DNA of 64,000 nt from Tubiluchus corallicola. Lineage: Eukaryota > Animalia > Priapulida. This document shows positions 38,297 through 51,577 of the stretch, piece after piece (positions within the stretch are counted from its first letter, which is position 1; every line of letters begins with the position of its first letter). The DNA is taken from assembly GCA_030141605.1 (NCBI GenBank), contig JAQGDQ010000926.1, positions 15,888-79,887 of the forward strand, written 5' to 3'. Below the pieces are notes generated by a model. The model saw only the letters and a list, made by a program, of their open reading frames with translations, was not told the origin of the DNA and ran no database searches. The translations under genes were made by a program, and so were the position numbers.

Positions 38297-40335
38297 GACA
38301 ACGCATGCACGAGGTTGCATGCTACAAATACCTTAGCAACCACTGCTACAGCTAGCTGTGGCTTGACAACGCATGCACGGGGTTGCATGCTACAAATACC
38401 TTAGCAACCACTGTTACAGCTAGCTGTGACTTGACAACGCATGCACGGGGTTGCATGCTACAAATACCTTAGCAACCACTGCTACAGCTAGCTGTGGCAA
38501 GACAACGCATGCATGGGTTGCATGCTACAAATACCTTAGCAACCACTGTTACAGCTAGCTGTGGCTTGACAATGCATGCACGGGGTTGCATGCTACAAAT
38601 ACCTTAGCAACCATTGTTACAGCTAGCTGTGGCTTGACAACGCATGCACGGGGCTGCATGATACAAATACCTTAGCAACCACTGTTACAGCTAGCTGTGG
38701 CAAGACAATGCATGCACGGGGCTGCATGATACAAATACCTTAGCAACCACCGTTACAGCTATCTGTGGCAAGACAACGCATGCACGGGGCTGCATGATAC
38801 AAATACCTTAGCAACCACTGTTACAGCTAGCTGTGGCAAGACAACGCATGCACGGGGTTGCATGCTACAAATACCTTAGCAACCACTGTTACAGCTAGCT
38901 GTGGCAAGACAACGCATGCACGGGGTTGCATGCTACAAATACCTTAGCAACCACTGTTACAGCTAGCTGTGGCAAGACAACGCATGCACGAGGCTGCATA
39001 TTACAAATACCTTAGCAACCACTGTTACAGCTAGCTGTGACAAGACTACGCATGCACGGGGTTGCATGCTACAAATACCTTAGCAACCACTGTTACAGCT
39101 AGCTGTGACAAGACTACGCATGCACGGGGTTGCATGCTACAAATACCTTAGCAACCACTGTTACAGCTAGCTGTGGCTTGACAACGCATGCACGGGGTTG
39201 CATGCTACAAATACCTTAGCAACCACTGTTACAGCTAGCTGTGGCTTGACAACGCATGCACGGGCTTGCATGCTACAAATACCTTAGCAACCACTGCTAC
39301 AGCTAGCTGTGACAAGACTACACATGCACGGGGTTGCATGCTACAAATACCTTAGCAACCACTGTTACAGCTAGCTGTGGCTTGACAACGCATGCACGGG
39401 GTTGCATATTACAAATACCTTAGCAACTACTGTTACAGCTACCTGTGGCTTGACAATGCATGCACGGGGTTGCATGCTACAAATACCTTAGCAACCACTG
39501 TTACAGCTACCTGTGGCTTGACAATGCATGCACGGGGCTGCATGATACAAATACCTTAGCAACCACTGTTATAGCTAGCTGTGGCTTGACAACGCATGCA
39601 CGGGGCTGCATATTACAAATACCTTAGCAACCGCTGTTACAGCTACCTGTGGCTTGACAACGCATGCACGGGGTTGCATATTACAAATACCTTAGCAACC
39701 ACTGTTACAGCTACCTGTGGCTTGACAACGCATGCACGGGGTTGCATATTACAAATACCTTAGCAACCACTGTTACAGCTAGCTGTGGCGAGACAACGCA
39801 TGCACGGGGTTGCATGCTACAAATACCTTAGCAACCGCCGTTACAGCTAGCTGTGGCGAGACAACGCATGCACGGGGTTGCATGCTACAAATACCTTAGC
39901 AACCACCGTTACAGCTAGCTGTGGCGAGACAACGCATGCACGGGGTTGCATGCTACAAATACCTTAGCAACCACTGTTACAGCTAGCTGTGGCGAGACAA
40001 CACATGCACAGGGTTGCATGCTACAAATACCTTAGCAACCACTGTTACAGCTAGCTGTGACAAGACAACACATGCACAGGGTTGCATGCTACAAATACCT
40101 TAGCAACCACTGTTACAGCTAGCTGTGGCAAGACAACGCATGCACGGGGCTGCATGCTACAAATACCTTAGCAACCACTGTTACAGCTAGCTGTGGCAAG
40201 ACAACGCATGCACGGGGTTGCATGCTACAAATACCTTAGCAACCACTGTTACAGCTAGCTGTGGCTTGACAACGCATGCACGGGGTTGCATGATACAAAT
40301 ACCTTAGCAACCACTGTTACAGCTACCTGTGGCTT
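38297..40335. repeat. Minisatellite, 68-bp unit, ~30 copies
   Basis: GACAACGCATGCACGGGGTTGCATGCTACAAATACCTTAGCAACCACTGTTACAGCTAGCTGTGGCTT. Confidence 0.95.
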
Positions 40336-40797
40336 ATTGCTGCATGAAATTCTATACAATTTTTTTTCACAAATATCATTACCGCACAAAATGTGCGTGT
40401 TCAACACTGTGGTTGATATTGGCCTGTTTTGTTCAAGTAATCAAACTATTTGAGGTAAAATCTGCTGATATCTCTTGAAAAATGCTTCATTTACTGCGCA
40501 AAACAGCATAAAACACTTAATAAATTTACTCAAAATGTATAATTTTATTTTTCTGGATAATTTTGTACTTTTTTTTATAATTTTAATGCGAACTGTATGA
40601 ATTGAATGAAACTCGCAATTGCACTATTTGCAGTCACATGTGATACTAATAACGTAACCTATGTTAACATTCAATATTTAAATTATGCTGTTTATTTTTT
40701 ACTTTTCCATATTTGTTATTTGTGAAGTAATAACACTAATACAGATTTGACAAACTTATTTATATATCAACCATTAGGAAATCTGACATTGTTTCAG

Positions 40798-40851
40798 ATT
40801 CCTCATTCTAACAAAAAGACCTCACCTAGGGATAAATTAGTACAGAAAAAG
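40798..40851 (+). CDS. CLASP: Candidate 54-nt CLASP cassette exon (IPHSNKKTSPRDKLVQKK)
   Basis: gtttcag| ... AAG|gtacag (alternative donor 6 nt later); phase 0-0. Begins IPH, as I recall vertebrate CLASP1 does at this position. Confidence 0.5.
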
Positions 40852-41163
40852 GTACAGGTGTGTTCAGGTGTTCTTGGGTTCATGGGTTCAACACTGAATG
40901 GCGGTGCTGTTTGTTTTGTTCACTTGTTTGTGTGTTTTTTATCTGGGTGATGGGCATGTGGTTGCACTGGGTTGTTGTGTCACTTGTTTTTGAAGTGCAT
41001 TGCATGGTAAGAAAACTGTGTTGACTTGAAAAGAAATGTGCAAAGGTTTCCGTGGTGGCATAGTTGCACATTCATTAGTTGTGCATTCTTTATTGTCTTG
41101 CGTTAAATCAAAGTTCGGAGAACAAAATTACTTGTCTTCGTGCTGTGCTGTTAAGCGGCATTA

Positions 41164-41552
41164 TGGCTCATTCACACTAGCGAGTTTTCTTGCCAAGTAA
41201 CTCACAAGCGTGTTCAGACTAGAGAGCAAAACTTGATGTGAGTTACTCTCTGACAGTAAGCACGAGCTGACACTCACTTCTCTATTTACTGTAAGTAACT
41301 CACAAGCGTGTTTAGACTAGAGAGCAAAACTTAATGTGGGTTACTCTCCGACAATAAGCACAAGCTGACACTCACTTCTCTAATCAGTGCAAGAATTGTT
41401 GAGGATAAATCGCCGAGGCTTTCATACTAGACAGTAAATCAACTCACAGTAACTGTTAGTAAGTTGCAATTTCTTACGGACAGTAACTCACAAAGCAGTT
41501 CACACTTGCGAGTTTGTTGTCAGAGAGAAAACTCGCTAGTATGAATGTGCCA
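41164..41552 (+). mobile_element. PIF/Harbinger-like MITE
   Basis: TIR TGGCTCATTCACACTAGCGAGTTTTCT / AGAAAACTCGCTAGTATGAATGTGCCA; TTA on both sides. Confidence 0.75.
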
Positions 41553-41802
41553 TTAGTGTTGTTTGCCGAATTTGTTAGTATTTCTGATTTGTATTACTTG
41601 GGTGACAGGCATTGGAATATAGTTATAGTTTCACGACTCGTAATTAAGTCATCTTGTTCACGATATTAGCGTCCAGTTTTCTGACTAGCCACCTTGGAAG
41701 TTTCAGAACTTTTAAATGAGCCTGCTTAAATATTGAAAAGAATGCATTGAAATGTTTAAAAAACAGTGCAATATGTGTACATCATATCATTGTGTCTTAC
41801 AG

Positions 41803-41906
41803 GATATTAGTGAAATTGTACACTCATGTGCTAGCTCCAACTGGTCTGAGCGGAAAGAGGGTTTAATAGCCATACAGAACCTATGTCGGTTGCCTAAACC
41901 GCTTAA
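41803..41906 (+). CDS. CLASP: CLASP exon, TOG3 start (DISEIVHSCASSNWSERKEGL)
   Basis: Hallmark CASSNWSERKEGL. Confidence 0.97.
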
Positions 41907-42233
41907 GTAAGTGAATTGAACACTTATGTCACCGTAAGTGTAGTTTACGTCGTTAGTAATAAATTACAAAGTTTTCTAAATTTCTTTAGAACTAGATTGA
42001 GAAGACCTACTACTACTTATGCATTATGTTGTGTGCGGTTGATGTTCCAAGATTATGTTATGTATACAATCTTTCTTACTCGTCGTATAACTATGTCAGG
42101 CAAACAACCAAATCATAAAGTTGCTATTACATTAATTAAGCAGACGTTGTTAAGTGAGAGCAAGATGAGTTAATATGACACACAACTCATTTCTGTTGCA
42201 AATATATCATTTTTGTTCCTAATCAGTTTAATC

Positions 42234-42785
42234 CAGGGATGAGAATTTTCTGCCTATATGTGGAATTCCGAGTTTTTGGAAGACCAGTAGTGCCATTTTT
42301 GTAAATCGCGTCAATTCATTGAGAAAATTTTTACGGACCCAGTACATTATTTCACAAGCTGACCGCTAGTTGGCAGGCCGTCACTTTGTTTACATCGCGT
42401 ACATCAGTGTAACCACGTGTATATCTCTATGTATAAAAATATAGAATCAATTGTGCGGAGTTATTTGAGTGAATTGCAGACAGTTTTTATATAATTTTGC
42501 ATAGGAGTGGCCAGTACTTAGGCATTTTTGAGACATCTTTAGGTATCATGTATCCTTGATAGTTGGGTATTTTAAATTATGCATGAAACAAGGTAATTGA
42601 TATTTTAAGTCCACTTAGAGGCTCTCTATGGTCACAAAATTGCAATTTGTTGCTGGCTCCTAGGGGGCTCGCCCCTTTGAACCCCATGATGGCTTTGCCC
42701 ATCATCCCCATTGGGGGCCCCCTAGGCGGCCCCAAAACTTCCGGTCTGTTTCTGAGTTTTTTGCAATTTGTCATTCTCATCCCTG
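42234..42785 (+). mobile_element. hAT-like MITE family C, copy 3
   Basis: Intact TIRs; TSD GTTTAATC/CTTGAATC. Confidence 0.82.
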
Positions 42786-42848
42786 CTTGAATCATGACGT
42801 GCGAAGTGATAAATTAAGTATACTTTGATTTGTTGTTATTATTTCTAG

Positions 42849-42912
42849 CCGAACTGAAGTAAAACGAATTACGGAAATTTGTACAAGAATGTTCATGGAC
42901 CCACACAGCAAG
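42849..42912 (+). CDS. CLASP: CLASP exon, TOG3 (RTEVKRITEICTRMFMDPHSK)
   Basis: TRMF.DPHSK motif. Confidence 0.96.
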
Positions 42913-43201
42913 GTAAGATCAGTATCATGTAACACTCAAGATGGTGTTGTTGACGGCGGTCTGTTCCGCATGACGTTGCATTTGTTACAAGGGTCATCTG
43001 ATGAGGATAACATTTTTCTCTATGATCTTAACGTCAAATGTTTGAACACAAGCATGCTCAGTGCAAATTTGTGGTTTATGTGAAGCAAAAGTGTCAAAAT
43101 TAACTGACCCATTCAAGAGCTGAGACTTGCGACTTAGTAAGCCTGATGTTTTACGATAAGATGAAATTTATCATATAAAATAAGTGTTTTAAATTTGTGT
43201 A

Positions 43202-44012
43202 CAGTCTAGCCTCGTTATCTCGCCCCTCGTTATGCCGCCAAACTCGTCTCTCGCCATAGAAAGTACCAGGACGGATTTCCTGCTTTGATATTTACCTCGT
43301 TAAGTCGCCACCCTCGCTTCTCGCCCTCGCCACGTCATGCTAGGATGAGTGCTTATGTAAACTATATTCGTTATGTCGCCAAACTCGTCTCTCGCCATAG
43401 AAAGTACCAGGACGGATTTCCTGCTTTGATATTTACCTCGTTAAGTCGCCACCCTCGCTTCTCGCCCTTGCCACGTCATGCTAGGATGAGTGCTTATGTA
43501 AACTATATTCGTTATGTCGCCAAACAGACAAACTCAGAGGTGAATCGATCAATACATATACACTGATGCGATTCTTTGAACAGTCTGACAGAGTCACAAG
43601 TGACGATATTCAAGGATTGTGTTTGATTAAACATCGTGTTGACTGCTTGCGTGTATCATCAATGAAACAGTCGTCTCTTCTGAATTATTTCAGTCGTCAA
43701 TAACTCATTTGTGAACATTTCTAAATGTTTTACTAAGTTTATTGCATTTAAGTGTATACTCGAAAAAGGCTTTTAAATAAAAAAGTAACATTCTAAGATT
43801 ATTTTTATGACATTTTTTCATTTCTGATTTAATGTTGATTGGTATCATAATGCGAAATATATTTTATATGTACATAGAGGAACACTATGTTAATCAACTA
43901 TTATGTATATACATATAGACTAACTTCGTTATATTCCCGTTATCTTGCCATACTCGCCTCTCGCCAAAAATTTGCCCTAGACGGACAGTGGCGAGATAAC
44001 GAGGTTAGACTG
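43202..44012 (+). mobile_element. pogo/Tigger deletion derivative retaining the transposase C-terminus
   Basis: TA-flanked TIR CAGTCTAGCCTCGTTATCTCGCC; 43560-43703 reads ...LMRFFEQ...MKQSSLLNYFSRQ*; internal 141-bp duplication. Confidence 0.85.
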
Positions 44013-44133
44013 TATTAAAATTCAGCCAAACTTTTACTCCAGTTTTTGAAAGGAACATTTTTCGGGTCGGAAATCGTTTCCGTTGCTCCGTTCTTAAGAG
44101 CAAAATTATGTTAATTATCCACACTTGTTACAG

Positions 44134-44297
44134 GTATTTAGCATGTTCTTGGACACGGTCACAGATTTTGTACAGGTGTACAAAAACGAGCTTCACGATT
44201 GGCTGTACATTCTGATGACGCGTCTGTTCATGAAGACAGGTGCCGAGATGCTGGGTTCGGTGCATTCCAAGTGTCAACGTTGTCTAGATGTAATAAA
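44134..44297 (+). CDS. CLASP: CLASP exon, TOG3 (VFSMFLDT...DWLYILMTRL...GSVHSK)
   Basis: VFSMFL, DWL and LGSV motifs; donor |gttagt, phase 2. Confidence 0.95.
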
Positions 44298-44434
44298 GTT
44301 AGTATCGTGCTGTTTTTGTTTGTTCAAGTTTCAATTAGAATTGAAAATACGAACACAGGTCCAGAAATCAGATTCTTTTTTATTAATTTGTCAGTGTGAT
44401 TGATGTGTTGATGTTGAAACATTGTATGTCATAT

Positions 44435-44931
<497 letters not shown>

Positions 44932-46363
44932 TGTCATATAACTGCTTGAAACAAAGTTGTTATAAGCTTAAAAAGCCAAGAGATAAACCAGGATTCATGG
45001 ACATTTAGTGATTATTCATTGTATAATATAACAAATGGAAGCAAAACAAACCTGTGGTATTTAAATGTCGCTTAACAAAGATTCTAAGAACACCTTTAAT
45101 CGAAGTGAAGGTCACAGAGGTGCTTAAAGTTGAAGGTCAAACTTTTCACTTGCAAGAAATTATAGGGTTTATCACGAATCAGAGCCGATTAGGTAGACAA
45201 TAAGATTTTGCTGTATATAAGTCAAAGGGTTAATGAGGCAGAGCAGATTGAGGTATTTTGTACAAGTGTGACTATGGCTTCTTTGCAAGACACGGTCTGT
45301 TTGTTAGACTAGAGCAGCAGCTGTTTGGTATTTTTAAACATGATAAAGACAGGTATGTTCTTAGCTCCTTTTATATAATGTAGTCTTTTGACCTAAATTA
45401 ATAATTTGACCATTATTGCAGTCTACACCTGTGAAAAATGCTCACTTTTTCAGAAGTTTGTGGGAGAGACATCGGCCTGGTTCTTAATTTGTTGATTAGA
45501 ATTAAACAAATACGTGGGAGTGTATATAGTCTAATTTGTTTTTATAGAAAAAGGTGCATAAAGCTTAAGTTTACGAGTTTTTAATTAAAATGGTTTACTG
45601 CTATTGAAATATATAAGTTAGATTAATTCTTGACTTTTAATAAAAACCGCACGACTATTTGATTAAAAGAGTGGCCACCCAAAATATAATTTATTGCAAC
45701 TTACATGATTTGGCGCATTTACATTATTACTTTCTATCACAGCAGGACAACCAATTATAGATAATTATTCACTTTATCGCATAGTTAGTACAATAAACAC
45801 AGAGTACTAATGCTAGATATATAACGCGCAAATCAGCACATAACTATAAAAAAGTATTGAAAAGAGGAAAAAATAACCTAACGAATTAGGCGCATCGTAT
45901 GACATTTGCTTGTAGGAATAGCAAGCGTCAAATGGTCGCCTGTACAAGGGTGACGAAGGAATTTATAACTTTAGAATGAAGCCCGTATAAATAATTCAAG
46001 GTTAACCTAATTGAACGACTCTAAGTAGATTTGCAAAGGTTGTAGGAACCGGAATAAACTAGTTTGCGATGCTGTAAATGAAAGGTCTAACAGCAGAGTA
46101 GAACTCAATCACGGGAATCCGTGACGACATCATCACTATTATTAATTTTTGCTTCATTGTCCTCTGTGAGAATGTTTTGTTCTGTGAAGTTTACTTGCAT
46201 TGTTTCTATATTGCCAACAGTAGAACTTGTCAGTTTTGTAGTTTTTTAAGCTATAATGCTTTTTTGCTGCTAGAAATTGTGATTGCAATCATGTTTACGA
46301 CAAACGTTTCTTATTATCAGTAGGTGGTAATATAGTGATTAAAATTTTGTATTTTCATTACAG

Positions 46364-46442
46364 GGAGTCGTTTCCCTTTGATCAGCAGTTTCTTGTCATT
46401 ATGAAGTTCATCACCGATCAGACACAAACACCAAATCTCAAG
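46364..46442 (+). CDS. CLASP: CLASP exon, TOG3 (ESFPFDQQF...DQTQTPNLK)
   Basis: SFPFDQQF and DQTQTPNLK motifs. Confidence 0.97.
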
Positions 46443-46668
46443 GTATAAAAATTGAAGCTTCTGCATTATTTGCACTTGCGTATAGACAGGTGTAGAGCGC
46501 GGGCTTCGCCATTAGACAGTTTGATGTACTTCTAACAGCTCTTCCCAGAATTCACTGCCATGCGCTTCAGACAGACGCGAGGTTCTTACGACGCGACTGT
46601 GATAATTAAATTGGAATAGGAAAAACATCGGAGACATTTTTTTCAGCGAATTTCAATTTGCAGTTTAA

Positions 46669-47118
46669 CCCTTTCATACCCGTTTGTATCCCGTGGGATA
46701 CGAGAATATTTTCTGCCTTTAAAGTTAACAAAATTTTAAAACTGACAGTTATTTGATCTGTTAATAGTTATTTTGATTTAAGCCAATAACAATAGACTAA
46801 AAATGGTGATAAAATGGCAAACTAGAAAATCTACACAGCATAAAAAACTGCGCAAGGTACAGTACTTTAGAGACGACTTTGTACAGATCAGCATAGCGAG
46901 CATACTAAATGTCTTAAATACTTTAAAAAATTATCAGCAGTTGCAAAATGAAGCACATTTTATGCTTCCATTGAATCCCAATGTATCCCATGGGATACAG
47001 GCTATATTTAGCACGCGGGCACAGGTAGAAAAAAATAATTATGTGTAAACAAGATGGACATACTGAACAAAATACCAAGCCAAAAATTTTTTTCTTATTA
47101 AAAAACTAATTTGGGACT
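46669..47118 (+). mobile_element. piggyBac-like MITE family A, copy 3 (right TIR lost)
   Basis: TTAA-CCCTTTCATACCCG start; ends at GGGACT without GAAAGGG. Confidence 0.82.
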
Positions 47119-47270
47119 AGTCAAGATTTTATCATGTACATTTGTTCGCATGAATTTTGTGATATGGATATTTCCTATTCATTTATATTTTCGTCAATAA
47201 TTGGATAAACAAATGCATCGAAGGGTAGCTTTAATTTATATATACGTACTACATTTATTTGCACATACAG

Positions 47271-47414
47271 GTAAAAGTAGGCGTATTGAACTACCTATTG
47301 AACATCTTGGATCGTATGCAGTCAGAAGAGTTCACGAATAGTAGCGACACACGACTAGCAGTGTCCCGTATTATCACTTGGACAACGGAACCCAAATCGA
47401 GCGAAGTCAGAAAA
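47271..47414 (+). CDS. CLASP: CLASP exon, TOG3 (...TRLAVSRIITWTTEPKSSEVRK)
   Basis: Hallmark RLAVSRIITWTTEPKS. Confidence 0.97.
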
Positions 47415-47616
47415 GTACGTACTGCCTATTTGTTGTGCAATACTAAACTTTTATTAGTTTTTTTTAATTTTTTGTTATAAGAATAATTTTTTATTTACTG
47501 GCACTGATTTATGGAAGATGTTGACATTTTAGAACACTTTGCTTACTGTATAATGTAAAGTTTGTTCCGTAATTTTCTAGTTAGTTGTAGTAAGTAATTA
47601 GATTCTGTATTTTCAG

Positions 47617-47703
47617 CTGTCGCATATGACACTTATTGCTCTGTTCAATCTTAACACAGCTGAGTTCAGCATGCTTTTATCCGTGTTACCAAAGGCTTAT
47701 CAG
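47617..47703 (+). CDS. CLASP: CLASP exon, TOG3 (LIALFNLNTAEFSMLLSVLPKAYQ)
   Basis: LF.LNT.EF.ML...LPK..Q motif. Confidence 0.95.
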
Positions 47704-47728
47704 GTAAGTGTTTTAGCACGTTTTAAAC

Positions 47729-48228
47729 GAGGGGTGTGCAAATTGCGGCCCGCGGACCACTTGCGGCCCGCCGAGAGAATTTGTGCGGCCCACGAAGAGA
47801 TTTGTCAACCTAATGAAAGTGCAGCCCGGGCGATTAATTGAGTGTATCCAACTGAAGTCCGTGCCACGATCCCAAAGATAGTGCGGGTAGTTTTTTCTAC
47901 TAGATCGGATGCCATTACCCCTTACAAGACGGTTGTAGCTTAATGTCACTGTACTACACAGACTGTGTGATACACATTACTAATATGCATTGTAATGAAA
48001 TTACCACTATCTGTCGTGAAAGTAGAAACATATGGTTTATAATATAAATTTTAATAACTTTTACAATAGTTTCTTGAGTGTAGTAGTAATGATGTACGCA
48101 GGTCGAATGCAAAAAAATCGTTATTAGGCATTTCTGTACTTGGCTCCTTGATCAAACTGCCTGTGGCCTGCAGGAATTGCGGGAAAGTTTAATGTGGCCC
48201 GGCTAGTCAGATAATTTGCACACCCCTA
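47729..48228 (+). mobile_element. hAT MITE family B, copy 3
   Basis: Perfect TSD TTTTAAAC; inserted 25 nt after a donor site. Confidence 0.9.
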
Positions 48229-48653
48229 TTTTAAACAAACGTGTTCCATATTGGTAGAAGTCTGTTATCTAAATGTTTAATCTTTATTAATAAAAGTTTG
48301 TTATAAAAGAATGATTTTTCCTGTCACTTCTGCTTTATTCTTTTTTTGACAACCCTGGTAAGTGGCTAACTGAAAAGCGCAGTCTCTCGTTAAGTTTAGA
48401 GGTGGGGATGAATGGCTAAGTGGTTACGGCATCATGCTCTGCGACTGAAGTTAAGAATGATGACGAGACTGGTTAGTAAGTGGATTGTTCGACTGCTTCA
48501 GTTTTCGTTCCGGGCATACCGTAATGTGATCTGTGGGCAAAGCAAAGCCATCTGTCGCATCAGTTCAGTAAATTCAGTCATTCGCATGAACATTCACGAA
48601 CATTACTTAATTATGCATGAGCCTTTGTATAGTTCTTTATTATTTTTTTCTAG

Positions 48654-48859
48654 GATGGCGCAAGAAAAATACTGCAAACTCATTTTACTGCCGTCAAAAA
48701 TGGAAGTGTCGGGGATGACGATCTGACTCCGACTTCATCTGTGACACGGCGCGCTCTGCCGTTATCACCAGTAGACACCAAGGCGGATGCTGACAGCATG
48801 AATCCAGAGGATGTTTACAATTCTCTTCGACAGACGACGAGGGAAATACAGAATTACAG
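48654..48859 (+). CDS. CLASP: CLASP exon (DGARKILQTH...MNPEDVYNSLRQTTREIQNY)
   Basis: DGA.K.L..H and N.ED.Y.SLR motifs; ends AG|gtaaaa, phase 2. Confidence 0.93.
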
Positions 48860-48872
48860 GTAAAAGCAAAAG

Positions 48873-50224
48873 CTTGCTAGAGTAAATGGAGGATTAGCTG
48901 TTGGCGTGCTAGAGTAAATGCAGGATTAGCTGATGGCTTGCTAGAGTAAATGCAGGAATAGCTGATGGCTTGCTAGAGTAAATGCAGGAATAGTTGATGG
49001 CTTGCTAGAGTGTAAATGCAGGATTAGCTGATGGCTTGCTAGAGTAAATGCAGGAATAGCTGATGGCTTGCTAGAGTGTAAATGCAGGATTAGCTGATGG
49101 CTTGCTAGAGTGTAAATGCAGGATTAGCTGATGGCTTGCTAGAGTAAATGCTGGATTAGCTGATGGCTTGCTAGAGTAAATGGAGGAATAGCTGATGGCT
49201 TGCTAGAGTAAATGGAGGAATAGCCGATGGCTTGCTAGAGTAAATGCAGGATTAGCTGATGGCTTGCTAGAGTAAATGCAGGATTAGCTGATGGCTTGCT
49301 ACAGTAAATGGAGGATTAGCTGATAGCTTGCTAGAGTAAATGGAGGAATAGCTGTTGGCTTGCTAGAGTAAATGGAGGATTAGCTGATGGCTTGCTAGAG
49401 TAAATGGAGGATTAGCTGATGGCTTGCTAGAGTAAATGCAGGAATAGCTGATGGCTTGCTAGAGTAAATGCAGGAATAGCTGATGGCTTGCTAGAGTAAA
49501 TGCAGGAATAGCTGATGGCTTGCTATAGTAAATGCAGGATTAGCTGATGGCTTGCTATAGTAAATGCAGGAATAGCTGATGGCTTGCTAGAGTAAATGCA
49601 GGAATAGTTGATGGCTTGCTAGAGTGTAAATGCAGGATTAGCTGATGGCTTGCTAGAGTAAATGCAGGAATAGCTGATGGCTTGCTAGAGTAAATGGAGG
49701 AATAGCCGATGGCTTGCTAGAGTAAATGCAGGATTAGCTGATGGCTTGCTAGAGTAAATGCAGGATTAGCTGATGGCTTGCTACAGTAAATGGAGGATTA
49801 GCTGATAGCTTGCTAGAGTAAATGGAGGAATAGCTGTTGGCTTGCTAGAGTAAATGGAGGATTAGCTGATGGCTTGCTAGAGTAAATGGAGGATTAGCTG
49901 ATGGCTTGCTAGAGTAAATGCAGGAATAGCTGATGGCTTGCTAGAGTAAATGCAGGAATAGCTGATGGCTTGCTAGAGTGTAAATGCAGGATTAGCTGAT
50001 GGCTTGCTAGAGTAAATGCAGGAATAGTTGATGGCTTGCTAGAGTGTAAATGCAGGAATAGCTGATGGCTTGCTAGAGTAAATGCAGGAATAGCTGATGG
50101 CTTGCTAGAGTGTAAATGCAGGATTAGCTGATGGCTTGCTAGAGTAAATGCAGGAATAGCTGATGGCTTGCTAGAGTAAATGCAGGAATAGCTGATGGCT
50201 TGCTAGAGTAAATGCAGGAATAGT
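48873..50224. repeat. Minisatellite, 32/34-bp unit, ~42 copies
   Basis: GCTTGCTAGAGTAAATGCAGGATTAGCTGATG. Confidence 0.95.
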
Positions 50225-50817
50225 TAGCATTAGATGCCTTTCATAAATAAAACTCTGCGTTTCAGTTATTCTTTATTTTGTCAAAATGCTAAAAAAATTT
50301 ACCTTTAATAATACAATCAGCTGAAATACCTGGCTTCTACCGGGGGGGGGGGGGGGGGTAGCTTGTTGCGATTTATGAAGTGAAAATAGTGGGCATGTTT
50401 GTGGGATGCCCGCCCACTGTTCCCTATGCAGGAGTTCATAGCTGTGAAGGGATTCTCTAGGAGAATGGACTGCAAAAGAATCATATTCGTTAAATGGACA
50501 CTTAGTGCACCAGCTGGGGGGGGGGCTGTGACTAAAATTGATATTAGCCCAAAACATTCCCGGGGTCGTGTTTAGGGATATGCTGCAACATGCGGGCATG
50601 CATAAAGGTTGCGCCTTTTTGACTGCCACATTGAGCTAGGTTCCAGTCTTCCTACAACCATCTGTGTGAAGCAGGTACTGCTGCCGAGAAAGCCAAACTA
50701 CGTAAAAAATCAAAACCGCAGGTTTATTAAAAAGATATGATAGGATCGTGTCAATTGTGTAGTTTTATTGCATAAATAAATCTTGCAGTTTTATTTAGTG
50801 AATCTGCAAAATTATTG

Positions 50818-50953
50818 TTTTGACGGCAACTATGAGCATTCTCTAGGCAAAGATGAGTTGAAAAAGCGGCGGGAACGTGACACGACGTCACAGGACAGTG
50901 GCATACAAAGCTCTTTACCTGATGTAAGGGGAGATTCACCTGATAGTGTCAAG
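50818..50953 (+). CDS. CLASP: CLASP exon (FDGNYEH...RERDTTSQDSGIQSSLPDVRGDSPDSVK); 5' boundary unresolved
   Basis: RD.TSQDSG motif that I recall from invertebrate CLASPs; donor AAG|gtgata. No in-phase AG acceptor (see findings). Confidence 0.7.
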
Positions 50954-51168
50954 GTGATAAAGCTTAGCCGTTGTGCTTATGGTGTAGCTGTTTTGCATGG
51001 TGTAGTAAGCAGATGGGCTTAGCGATGTTTCATAGCTGCTTGAATAATCAAGAGATGTTTAGAAAATTTTGCAGTAACGGAAACATATCATGTGCATGTA
51101 TTTGTGTTGCGCTTGAGTGTTTAATATGACGGGACTGATCGTATTTTTTACCGTTTGTGCATGTAAAG

Positions 51169-51577
51169 CAGGGGTGTGCAAATTATCTGACTAGCCCGGG
51201 CCACATTAAACTTTCCCGCAATTCCTGTGGACCACATGCAGTTTGATCAAGGAGCCCAGTACAGTAGGACCTAATAACGATTTTTTTTTGCATCCGATTT
51301 GCGCACATCATTACTACTGCACTACTACACTCAAGAAACTATTTTAGAAGTTATTAAAATTTATATTAAAAACCATATATTTCCTCATGTCCGACAGTGA
51401 CATTAAGTGACAACGGTCTTATAACGGTTAATGCCATCTGATCTAGAGGAAAAAACTGTCTTTGCGATATTGGCGCAGTCTTCAGCTGAATCGCGTGGGC
51501 CGCACTTTCATTACGTTGACAAACCTCTTCGCGGGCCGCACAAAATCTCTCGGCGGGCCGCAGTTTGCACACCCCTG
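51169..51577 (-). mobile_element. hAT MITE family B, copy 4 (diverged subfamily)
   Basis: Perfect TSD ATGTAAAG; internal deletions. Confidence 0.88.
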
